Assembly: GCA_964435065.1 (NCBI GenBank)
Contig: CAYSXS010000001.1
Coordinates: 20,538 to 84,537, forward strand
DNA from: an uncultured Gammaproteobacteria bacterium
GTDB lineage: Bacteria; Patescibacteriota; Patescibacteriia; UBA2196
DNA: 64,000 bases
Direction of reading: 5' to 3'
A program made the position numbers and the translations under genes. The notes below the pieces were generated by a model that was not told where the DNA came from, did no database searches, and saw only the letters and a program-made list of their open reading frames with translations. Numbering within the stretch: position 1 is the first letter of the stretch; each line of letters begins with the position of its first letter. This document shows, one piece after another, positions 56,765-64,000 of the stretch.

Positions 56765-56803
56765 TCCCCAGTGTCTGTTTTAGATACTGGGGATATTTTT
56801 TTT
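56765..56803 (+). terminator. Rho-independent terminator
   Basis: TCCCCAGT-gtctgttttagat-ACTGGGGA followed by TATTTTTTTT. Confidence 0.7.
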
Positions 56804-56830
56804 GACAAATTCTGTGTTTTGTAGTAATAT
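56802..56830 (+). promoter_or_regulatory. Near-consensus sigma70 promoter driving rnpB
   Basis: TTGACA - 17 nt - TAATAT, ending about 7 nt before the predicted RNase P RNA 5' end. Confidence 0.6.
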
Positions 56831-56837
56831 ACTAATT

Positions 56838-57216
56838 GTCCGGGTAGGTGAGTGATTACCTGTATTTCTTAGGAAATATGGGAGGAAAGTCCGAACACCA
56901 ACCTATTCAATTAGGAATAATAGTTCTGAAATAGAACCAGGTATAAGACTTACGAGAAAAGTAGTTCACGATCGTGTTACTTTTAGTGGACAAAGTCAAA
57001 ACCTCGAGCTAGTGCCACAGAGACTATACTAACCCTTATGGGTGAAATGTGAAAAGTGAACTGATGTTTTTTTAAAGCTACAGTTCTCATCCCTTGGTGA
57101 CAAGGAGATGTGGTAAACCTTATTTTGGTGCAAGTCATAATTGACGCGTAGATAGATGATCACAATTACTGCTTTGCAGTAATACAGAATTCGGCTTATG
57201 ACCCTGCCTGGACAAC
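56838..57216 (+). ncRNA. rnpB: RNase P RNA (bacterial type, ~379 nt)
   Basis: Conserved P4 strands GGAGGAAAGTCCGAACACC (5') and ACAGAATTCGGCTTATG (3', corresponding to ACAGAACCCGGCUUA). P1 closes through GTCCGGGTAGG pairing with CCTGCCTGGAC. The region is GC-richer than its flanks and contains no ORF. Confidence 0.8.
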
Positions 57217-57240
57217 AATTAAATTTATATTACTTAATAT

Positions 57241-58632
57241 ATGAAAAAGAATGATTTGATCTTTTCTGCAGTCTTGGTTCCTATAGATTATATTATGATT
57301 ATATTAGCCGGCGTTGCCGCCTATTTTTTACGTTATGAAAGATGGGTGCAAGAAATACGTCCGGTTATTTTTAATTTAGATTTTAAGTCATACCTTTCAT
57401 ATATCTGGTGGGTTGCTCTGGTTTGGTTAGTTATTTTTGTAATTGCTGGGTTGTATCAAACAAAAGGTGCACGAAAGGTTTTTGATGAAATTGGTAAGGT
57501 ATTTTTAGCTTGTTCAACAGGTATGCTGGTTGTTATTGTTGCAGCTTTTTTCTCACGTGAACTATTTGATTCTCGTTTTATCCTATTGGCTGGTTGGATT
57601 TTAGCTTTTCTTTTTGTTTCTGTCGGTAGATTGGTTGTAAATGGTGTTCAACGCTTGTTATATATCAAGAAAATTGGTGTACATAAAGTAGTTTTGATTG
57701 GAGCAGATAATTCAACTGAAGATATTGCTAAGGAGATATATAAGAGTAGAACATTGGGTTATACAATTATTGGTCGTTTCCAAAATTTACAAAATGGTAA
57801 TTTGGATAAATTAACAGAATTACATAAATCTAAATTTATTGATGAGATTATTCAAGGGGATACTAATCTAAGTAGACAAGAAAATTTAGCTTTACTCGAT
57901 TTTGCTGATGAACACCATATTATTTTTAAATACGCAGCTGACTTTTTTGATACACAAAGTAAAAATGTTGACTTATACACAATGGCTGGGATACCGGTTG
58001 TAGAAGTTAGAAGAACAAAACTAGATGGTTGGGGAAAGATATTGAAAAGATTTTTTGATATTATCATATCTTCCTTGCTTTTAATCATATTTTCACCGTT
58101 TTTCTTAATATTAGCTTTAATTGTTAAGGTAGACTCTAGAGGGCCTGTTTTTTACGGTTCTAAGCGTGTAGGAGCTAAAGGAAAGAAGATCAGGATATAT
58201 AAGTTTAGATCTATGATTAGGAACGCAGAACGTCTTAAAAAGAAGCTTTTATCTAAAAATGAACGTCTTGACGGCCCTTTATTTAAGATGGAAGATGATC
58301 CTCGTGTAACAAGAGTAGGTAAGTTTATGCGTAAATGGAGTATTGATGAATTACCCCAATTCTGGAATGTTCTAAAAGGAGATATGAGTTTAGTTGGTCC
58401 TCGTCCTCATGAACCAAATGAAGTTGCTAAATATGAAAAACACCATAAAAAGTTATTAAATATTAAACCTGGTGTAACAGGTATGGCTCAAGTTTCTGGT
58501 AGATCAGATTTAGAATTTGAAGAAGAAGTTAAGTTAGATACTTTCTATATCGAGAACTGGACTCCATGGCTTGATTTAATAATTTTAATAAAAACACCTT
58601 TTATTGTTTTATTGAAAAAAGGTGCGAAGTAA
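57241..58632 (+). CDS. Polyprenyl-phosphate glycosyl-1-phosphate transferase (WbaP/WcaJ/CpsE-like), second copy
   Basis: [57 protein letters not shown]...[24 protein letters not shown]. Confidence 0.85.
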   Translation: MKKNDLIFSAVLVPIDYIMIILAGVAAYFLRYERWVQEIRPVIFNLDFKSYLSYIWWVALVWLVIFVIAGLYQTKGARKVFDEIGKVFLACSTGMLVVIVAAFFSRELFDSRFILLAGWILAFLFVSVGRLVVNGVQRLLYIKKIGVHKVVLIGADNSTEDIAKEIYKSRTLGYTIIGRFQNLQNGNLDKLTELHKSKFIDEIIQGDTNLSRQENLALLDFADEHHIIFKYAADFFDTQSKNVDLYTMAGIPVVEVRRTKLDGWGKILKRFFDIIISSLLLIIFSPFFLILALIVKVDSRGPVFYGSKRVGAKGKKIRIYKFRSMIRNAERLKKKLLSKNERLDGPLFKMEDDPRVTRVGKFMRKWSIDELPQFWNVLKGDMSLVGPRPHEPNEVAKYEKHHKKLLNIKPGVTGMAQVSGRSDLEFEEEVKLDTFYIENWTPWLDLIILIKTPFIVLLKKGAK

Positions 58633-58766
58633 GATTAGGCAGTAGTCATCCTGAATGAGTCTTGGTGCTTTGGGAGGAGCCGAAGGATTCTGTACAGTTT
58701 TAATTTTGTTAGTTTTGTTTTTTCATGTTACAATGAAAATACTAAAATAATTTTATCCACAATTTT

Positions 58767-59207
58767 ATGAAAAATATAAATTCAAACAATTTAGTGGGCG
58801 CAGAGAAATTAAGAGAGCTTGTAAGGGAAGAATTAAAAAATACTGCAACCAAAGATGATTTAAAGGGTTTTGCAACCAAAGATGATTTAAAGGGTTTTGC
58901 AACCAAAGATGATTTAAAAAACTTTGCTACTAAAGATGATTTTAATAATTTAGCAGATAAAGTTTTAGGATTAGACACAAAAATTGATAATGTTAAGGAA
59001 GATCTACAGGATCAAATGAATGAAAAATTTGATAAAGTTTTAGAAAGCAATGATAAACTTGGAAAAAAGATGGATATCATAATTGCAGAGTCAGCAGCAC
59101 ATTCTAAGTCATATAAAGATAATGAAGAAGAAATAGAAAAACATGAGGAAGTTTTGGATAATCACGAAAATAGAATTAAGGTTTTGGAAATACAACCTGC
59201 AATATAA
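58767..59207 (+). CDS. Coiled-coil protein with 4 tandem 9-aa repeats (ATKDDLKGF)
   Basis: ...NTATKDDLKGFATKDDLKGFATKDDLKNFATKDDFNNLADKVLGL... followed by a charged helical region. A TTGTTA-17-TACAAT promoter-like sequence lies upstream. Confidence 0.5.
   Translation: MKNINSNNLVGAEKLRELVREELKNTATKDDLKGFATKDDLKGFATKDDLKNFATKDDFNNLADKVLGLDTKIDNVKEDLQDQMNEKFDKVLESNDKLGKKMDIIIAESAAHSKSYKDNEEEIEKHEEVLDNHENRIKVLEIQPAI
58845..58952 (+). repeat. 4 tandem copies of a 27-bp repeat (GCAACCAAAGATGATTTAAAGGGTTTT) within the CDS
   Basis: Copies 1-2 are identical, and copies 3-4 are progressively diverged. This also explains the spurious antisense ORF at 58742-58978. Confidence 0.85.
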
Positions 59208-59227
59208 TTTTTAGTTTTTAGTTATTT

Positions 59228-59253
59228 CCAGCTAACTTTAGCTGGATTTTTTT
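59228..59253 (+). terminator. Rho-independent terminator
   Basis: CCAGCTA-actt-TAGCTGG followed by ATTTTTTT. Confidence 0.7.
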
Positions 59254-59330
59254 ATTGTTTGACATTATTATCATAATATGTTATGCTATAGGTACATAAA
59301 AACAATTTATTAATTTTTAAAAATCAATTT

Positions 59331-60071
59331 TTGGAGGATAAGATGAGAAATATATATTTTTTGTTTTTAACAATTTTATTTTTTTTCTCAAATCTACATG
59401 GGCAAGATGAGATATTCCAATTCTCATTAGACAAAACTTCTCTTTTGACTTTTGGCTGGGTAATAACATCAGACCAATTAAAGAGAAATCCAGCTGAATT
59501 TGAAGGTCTGCCAACTAATTTTTGGGGACATCACCTGCATTTGGGATATGGACTTCATTTATCAGGAGCAATTATAAAGAATAAATTTCCCGAATTTTAT
59601 CAAGGTTTACCAAATGGATTAAAGGTTTTATTTAATTTAGGCTCTGTAATAGAGATAGATGATATTTATCAACATCTTTATTTACAGAGAAATGATGAAT
59701 TTGGACCAGGATTCAAAGGAGGACATCCGGCATCAAGTCCAATTCATAAGTTTTATTGCTGGACATTAAGACAAGAGAGAGAGAGAGTTAATTGGAAAAA
59801 CATGCTAGAATTATTTCGGTATAAACGATTAAATATCTCAGCAGGGTTTTACAAAGGCCCAGCATTTGAAATGACATTAAAATTGGCAGAATGGAAAAAG
59901 ATTTATGTTTCTGCTAATTATATTCAAAAATTTGAATATAATTCAAAAACAGAACTTAAAATTGAAACAGGAATTTTAGGCGGAATGATTGGAGTAAAGA
60001 TATTGGATTGGTTAAAATTTGAATGTGGAATTGGAATCGGAGGGAATATTTTTTATGGGTTTAAAATTTAA
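59331..60071 (+). CDS. Secreted hypothetical protein
   Basis: Signal peptide MRNIYFLFLTILFFFSNLHG, RBS GGAGGA upstream, and a Gly/aromatic-rich C-terminus. Confidence 0.45.
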   Translation: MEDKMRNIYFLFLTILFFFSNLHGQDEIFQFSLDKTSLLTFGWVITSDQLKRNPAEFEGLPTNFWGHHLHLGYGLHLSGAIIKNKFPEFYQGLPNGLKVLFNLGSVIEIDDIYQHLYLQRNDEFGPGFKGGHPASSPIHKFYCWTLRQERERVNWKNMLELFRYKRLNISAGFYKGPAFEMTLKLAEWKKIYVSANYIQKFEYNSKTELKIETGILGGMIGVKILDWLKFECGIGIGGNIFYGFKI

Positions 60072-60154
60072 AAACTAAACTCGTTAGTAGCAGAAATGCG
60101 AACGCGGGTTTTTTTATTTTTGCCAATTTTAGATTAAATTGTTAAGATGATGGT

Positions 60155-61243
60155 ATGAAAATTGCTTTAATCCATGACATGTTAGTACAAGAAGGTGGGC
60201 AGGAAAGAGTTTTGCGTGCTTTGCAAGAGCTTTTTTCAGATGCTCCTACTTTTGTTTTGATTTATGATAGGGATAATAAGGAGAAGTATTATAAAGAAAA
60301 GGATATTAGAGCTACTTTTTTACAAAAAATGCCTGGAATTGAAAAGAAGTTTCAATGGTATTTACCTTTAATGTCTTCTGCTATTGAATCTCATGATTTA
60401 CGTGGTTTTGATTTAATATTATCTTCTAGCTCTTCTTTTGCTAAAGGAGTAATTACACAACCAGGTACACAACATGTTTGCTATTGTCATACACCTACTC
60501 GTTATCTTTGGTCAGATTCACAAGGATATGTAGAAGATTTACCTTATCCTAATATTGTTAAAAAAGTTTTACCTCTATATCTATCTCATCTACGTAATTG
60601 GGATTGGGCTGCTTCACAAAGAATAGATGGTTTTTTAGCTAATTCCAAAACAGTTAAAGATAGAATTAAGAGATATTATAATAAAGAGGCTCAGGTTATA
60701 TATCCACCAGTTGATACAGATAAATTCTATATATCTAACTATTTAGGTAACTATTATCTAATAGGTGGTAGATTGGTGCCATATAAGAGGTATGATTTGG
60801 CTATTAAAGCTTTTAATAAACTTGATATGCCTTTAAAGGTTTTTGGTATAGGCCCAGAGTTAGAAAGATTAAAAAGCATAGCTAGACCAAATATTGAATT
60901 TTTAGGTGAAGTCAATGAACAACAAAAAGCAGAATTATATTCTAAATCCTTAGCTTTTATACATCCTCAAGAAGAAGATTTTGGTATTACAGCTGTAGAA
61001 GCAATGGCTTCTGGCCGTCCTGTAGTTGCTTACAAAGCAGGGGGTGCTTTAGAAACAATTGTTGAAGATCATACAGGGCAGTTTATTAAAGATCAGACAT
61101 GGGAAGATTTAGCCAATACAATTATTCATTTTAAACCAGAGAAATATAAATCAGATGAAATTAAAAATCATGCTAGGAAATTTTCCAAAGCACGATTTAT
61201 GGAAGAAGTTAGGGGTTTTGTAAATAGTATAAAAGAAAATTAA
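60155..61243 (+). CDS. Glycosyltransferase family 4
   Basis: MKIALIHDMLVQEGGQERV... at the N-terminus, and FIHPQEEDFGITAVEAMASGRPVVAYKAGGALETI at the C-terminus. Confidence 0.8.
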   Translation: MKIALIHDMLVQEGGQERVLRALQELFSDAPTFVLIYDRDNKEKYYKEKDIRATFLQKMPGIEKKFQWYLPLMSSAIESHDLRGFDLILSSSSSFAKGVITQPGTQHVCYCHTPTRYLWSDSQGYVEDLPYPNIVKKVLPLYLSHLRNWDWAASQRIDGFLANSKTVKDRIKRYYNKEAQVIYPPVDTDKFYISNYLGNYYLIGGRLVPYKRYDLAIKAFNKLDMPLKVFGIGPELERLKSIARPNIEFLGEVNEQQKAELYSKSLAFIHPQEEDFGITAVEAMASGRPVVAYKAGGALETIVEDHTGQFIKDQTWEDLANTIIHFKPEKYKSDEIKNHARKFSKARFMEEVRGFVNSIKEN

Positions 61244-63288
61244 TATTCAAAAATCCATATTTTATTATTTCCAATTTCAAAACTTTTTATTGCATTAGCT
61301 TGTGCCTCTGGCACAAGCTTTTTAAAATTTGTCCAATAATCATTAATAACTAAATATACTTTATCTGTGTTAGTTAAATCTTTAACTTGTTGGATATATT
61401 CATCTTTTATTCCTGTATATGATATATTTAAATATATTTTATACAATTCAGACGATGTGGGTATTGGGTAATAGAAAAGTTGTTGTTCATTATTTGTAAA
61501 ATATTTTTTAAAACCAAATTCTTGTAAAGCAGCTGCGGAAGTAGATTGATTTGTTAGAACAACAAAATTATCTGTATCAGACATTTCTTGAATTTTTTGT
61601 ACAGCTAATATATCTGCTTGTGAAACAGAGTATCCTTTATTTTTTTCAATCACATCATATGTTGGGTAGGCTAGATATACACAACTAGTTAAAACAAAAG
61701 CAGTGATAATGATTAAAAGCTTTTTGTTTTTAATTGATATTTTAAGTATGTGGTAAATAGCGTAGATAACAAAAGGTAATACAAAGAAATATGAAAAATG
61801 AATTAAACGTTCAGGAAATATATTTTGCTCATAATATATTACGGCATTGAATTTTAATAAAGATAGTAAGTATGAGTTGATTATTAATATTAAAGAAACA
61901 AGCAAAAATATCCAAGTTTCCTTGTATTTTTTAAACATCATCCAAAATCCTGTTCCAGTTAGGATTAATATTAAGATAGGGAATAGAGACTTTAGGAAAT
62001 ATATAGAGTGTAAGAAAGAATGAAAAGGTAGATAAGTAAAGTCAAAAGTGGATATTAATCTTTGTTTTAAATTAGATAAGTCTAAAGAAATATCAAAACC
62101 TGGTAATATGTAAGATAAAGCATAGAATGCAATAGGAATACAAACAAGGAATATTAGGACAGAAAGTATTGTTAGAGTTCTTTTTTTACGTACAGAAAGT
62201 AACCAAACCAACATTAATGCAGGTAATCCAGCTAAAGGGTGGATACAAGTAATAGCTATGGCTAAAAGCCATAGATGGTTTAACTTTAATATGTTACTTC
62301 TAAAATATATTAAAGTTAAGAATATATATATGATTAAAAAGATATTGGCTAAATGTTGAGGAACAGTAAAGAAGGTTGTAAAAATAATTAAGAAAGGAAG
62401 AACAAAAGAAACAATTTGAGAAAGTCTTCTTTCTAGATTTAGTTTTAATAAAGTAAAATATGTTAGTGTAGGAATAATTAAAGAAGATAAAACAGGAACT
62501 AAAAGTTTATCTATTAAACTAACACTAACTTGAAAAATTTTACTTAATATTACAACCAAAGAATATTGTCCTATGTAGTATGGATTTTTAGGAAGAATAT
62601 ATCCATTTTCTAAAATTATCTTTTCAGTAGCACGATGGATAAAAGGATCAAAACCATATCCTATAGAGTAAATTATTAATGCAATGGCAGAGGTTAAAAA
62701 AGTATGGATTGTAATTAAAAATATATTTAACTTTTCTGAAAAAGTGAATATCTTATACAACAATAAACATGTTGAGATAAAATATATGATAAAGAAATAT
62801 GAAGGCACAACCTGCCAAGGAGAAACAATAGCTTCGGTTGTATTGTGAGAAAACAAGATGTACACCAAGGAAATTATTAAACCTAAATATATACCATCTA
62901 AAAACCATATATATTTCTTTTTATATTCTTTAACTTCAATTTCTAATTTAGATGTATCTAAATTAGAAATATTTTTTCTATACAACAAAAAGATGGAAAG
63001 TAATGGGATTAATAATATTAAAGAAATAGTCCAGCTAAATAACCCAATTGTGTAATATATTATTGTTCCACAGATAGTAACTAGTATTAATAGAAAGATA
63101 AATCCTAAAATCCAAGAAAAACTTTTATCTTTTTCTTTAAATAGGTTTTTACCTAAAAAGTATGAAAATGTAGATAAGTATAATATTCCGAAAATAACAC
63201 CCAAAACAACACTTTTTATTAAAAAGATGTTTAGAATGGTTATTAAGAATATAATACCTAAAATTGGTAAAAACTTGATTTTTTGCAT
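61240..63288 (-). CDS. Large GT-C fold membrane glycosyltransferase-like protein (ArnT/PMT/YfhO-like) with a C-terminal extracytoplasmic domain
   Basis: 682 aa with more than 14 TM helices. The loop motif FDPFIHRATEKIILENGYILPKNPYYIGQ matches the ArnT-type 'DE..R..E......G' acidic loop. Confidence 0.45.
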   Translation of the reverse strand: MQKIKFLPILGIIFLITILNIFLIKSVVLGVIFGILYLSTFSYFLGKNLFKEKDKSFSWILGFIFLLILVTICGTIIYYTIGLFSWTISLILLIPLLSIFLLYRKNISNLDTSKLEIEVKEYKKKYIWFLDGIYLGLIISLVYILFSHNTTEAIVSPWQVVPSYFFIIYFISTCLLLYKIFTFSEKLNIFLITIHTFLTSAIALIIYSIGYGFDPFIHRATEKIILENGYILPKNPYYIGQYSLVVILSKIFQVSVSLIDKLLVPVLSSLIIPTLTYFTLLKLNLERRLSQIVSFVLPFLIIFTTFFTVPQHLANIFLIIYIFLTLIYFRSNILKLNHLWLLAIAITCIHPLAGLPALMLVWLLSVRKKRTLTILSVLIFLVCIPIAFYALSYILPGFDISLDLSNLKQRLISTFDFTYLPFHSFLHSIYFLKSLFPILILILTGTGFWMMFKKYKETWIFLLVSLILIINSYLLSLLKFNAVIYYEQNIFPERLIHFSYFFVLPFVIYAIYHILKISIKNKKLLIIITAFVLTSCVYLAYPTYDVIEKNKGYSVSQADILAVQKIQEMSDTDNFVVLTNQSTSAAALQEFGFKKYFTNNEQQLFYYPIPTSSELYKIYLNISYTGIKDEYIQQVKDLTNTDKVYLVINDYWTNFKKLVPEAQANAIKSFEIGNNKIWIFEY

Positions 63289-63353
63289 ATATTCGTATAG
63301 GGTTATATTAACAGATATTAATCAGTAGGTAAATTGATTTCAATAAATCTTTT

Positions 63354-63653
63354 TTGGAGGAGGTTAACATGGCAATACAGTATCGTACATTAATAACAGT
63401 TGATTTTTCTCATGGTATTGAAGGTGGAAATACTGTTATAAACATCGAGGGTTTGGGGATTAAAGAATCAAACATATTTCTCAAAGGCAAACATAACAAA
63501 GAGACTGTTGAGAAATTTTTGAAGGAAGTTGCTAATGGGGGCGAATTTCCTTTAATCAGGGAAAGATTACTGGTAAAATTTGGGAATTCGGATAGTGAAC
63601 AGGAAACTTTGTCTATTTTTGAAGAGGATGATATTGACGGAATGGTTCCTTAA
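63354..63653 (+). CDS. Small hypothetical cytoplasmic protein
   Basis: Strong RBS GGAGGAGG upstream and a terminator downstream. No family recognised. Confidence 0.4.
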   Translation: MEEVNMAIQYRTLITVDFSHGIEGGNTVINIEGLGIKESNIFLKGKHNKETVEKFLKEVANGGEFPLIRERLLVKFGNSDSEQETLSIFEEDDIDGMVP

Positions 63654-63682
63654 AGATAGACGTTATTGCCTTCGAATTATAA

Positions 63683-63717
63683 AACCCCACATCTTCTTGG
63701 TGTGGGGGTTGTTTTTT
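63683..63717 (+). terminator. Rho-independent terminator
   Basis: CCCCACA-tcttcttgg-TGTGGGG followed by GTTGTTTTTTG. Confidence 0.75.
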
Positions 63718-63755
63718 GCCCAAACACAATATATATGGGTATAATATAGATATAT

Positions 63756-64000
63756 GAAATGTTTACAGAAAAACAAGATAAAAGTCATATTAGGCACATT
63801 GTGTATAGTTTTTTTTGTAATATATTCATATTTACCTTTATCCCAGATCATACAGAGTGATATTCCAATGAATGAGATAGGAATGCGTTTTAATACACCA
63901 GATGAAGTAATGAATTTTCATTTTACAAATATATTTGTAGATGAGAATAAGATGTACTATGTAGAGCCATACAATATAGTTGCTAATGGAGTTGTATTTC
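63756..64000 (+). CDS. 5' part of a membrane-anchored protein that runs off the window (3'-partial)
   Basis: ATG at 63756 with no stop before the window end. MKCLQKNKIKVILGTLCIVFFVIYSYLPL... contains an N-terminal TM helix. Confidence 0.4.

Noticed and set aside
58633-58700. GC-richer ~60-nt tract after the sugar-transferase gene (GGCAGTAGTCATCCTGAATGAGTCTTGGTGCTTTGGGAGGAGCCGAAGGATTCTGTACAG) as a possible sRNA or terminator
   Set aside because: Only weak 5-bp complementarity (ATCCT/AGGAT) and no T-run. This is insufficient to call.
58742-58978. Minus-strand ORF with repetitive SSLVAKPFK units
   Set aside because: It is the antisense reading of the 27-bp tandem repeats in the 58767-59207 gene. 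The sense frame has a promoter, a terminator and a coherent coiled-coil product.
60071-60155. Possible terminator CGAACGCGGGTTTTTTT after the 59331-60071 gene
   Set aside because: A T-run is present but the upstream stem is only ~4 bp (CGTT...AACG). Too weak to list as a feature, although a TTGCCA-17-TAAGAT promoter-like sequence for the next gene follows it.
2188-63055. Numerous short ORFs (60-150 aa) listed in the six-frame track on the strand opposite long, well-supported genes. Examples are 2188-2436, 2443-2898, 4207-4446, 5697-5930, 13450-13722, 30804-31061, 31212-31457, 36559-36765, 43484-43702, 53311-53989, 57852-58088 and 62858-63055.
   Set aside because: All are fully nested in, or antisense to, genes with clear family signatures. 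They have biased low-complexity composition and no RBS or start context. They were treated as artefacts.
1-64000. Search for CRISPR arrays, rRNA and tRNA genes
   Set aside because: No regularly spaced short direct repeats were seen. No 16S/23S-like conserved blocks were found. No GGTTCGAATCC-type T-arm motifs were seen in the intergenic regions I examined. Only intergenic regions were scanned by eye, so tRNAs elsewhere are not excluded. The GC-rich repeats at 8104 and 47546 were checked for tRNA-like 3' ends as possible integrase att sites, and none was found.

Overview
This AT-rich window (roughly 30% GC overall) is almost entirely one very large cell-surface glycan / glycoconjugate biosynthesis super-locus. 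The low GC, compact overlapping genes and reduced RNase P RNA suggest a small-genome, possibly CPR/Patescibacteria-like bacterium. That organism guess is inference. What I can support from the sequence:
- About 13 GT4 (GT-B) glycosyltransferases, recognised by their EX7E-type C-terminal motifs.
- Several GT2 enzymes. Three look like polyprenyl-phosphate hexose synthases (DPM1/Ppm1/GtrB/ArnC type).
- Five large multi-pass membrane proteins carrying the ArnT/PMT-type 'D-E...GDW' first-loop motif (GT-C fold).
- Two polyprenyl-phosphate glycosyl-phosphotransferases (WbaP/CpsE-like initiating enzymes).
- A Wzx-like flippase, a GtrA-like protein, and a UPF0104 'flippase-like' protein.
- An O-antigen-ligase-domain protein with a TPR tail.
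- Two cobalamin-binding radical SAM enzymes plus one SPASM-type radical SAM.
- Five class-I SAM methyltransferases.
- A NodB-family deacetylase, two NAD-dependent sugar-nucleotide epimerase/decarboxylase homologues, and a NUDIX hydrolase.
- A subtilisin fused to FG-GAP repeats.
- A BrnT/BrnA toxin-antitoxin pair and a membrane-anchored thermonuclease.
- An RNase P RNA gene (rnpB) embedded in the locus, with a near-consensus sigma70 promoter.

Features not explained by coding genes:
- Two 261-bp, GC-rich (about 50% GC), internally base-paired elements that are identical except for a single base (260 of 261 positions match). They sit 39,442 bp apart in direct orientation.
- Three copies of a ~115-200-bp element family with a conserved 20-nt 5' box (TATGYNTGYATCTGAAGTTT). 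One copy abuts a truncated alpha/beta-hydrolase gene, which looks like an insertion scar.
- Long imperfect inverted repeats flanking small GC-richer ORFs.
- A tyrosine recombinase gene immediately downstream of the second GC-rich copy and fused into a glycosyltransferase operon.

No CRISPR arrays, rRNA genes or tRNA genes were recognised.
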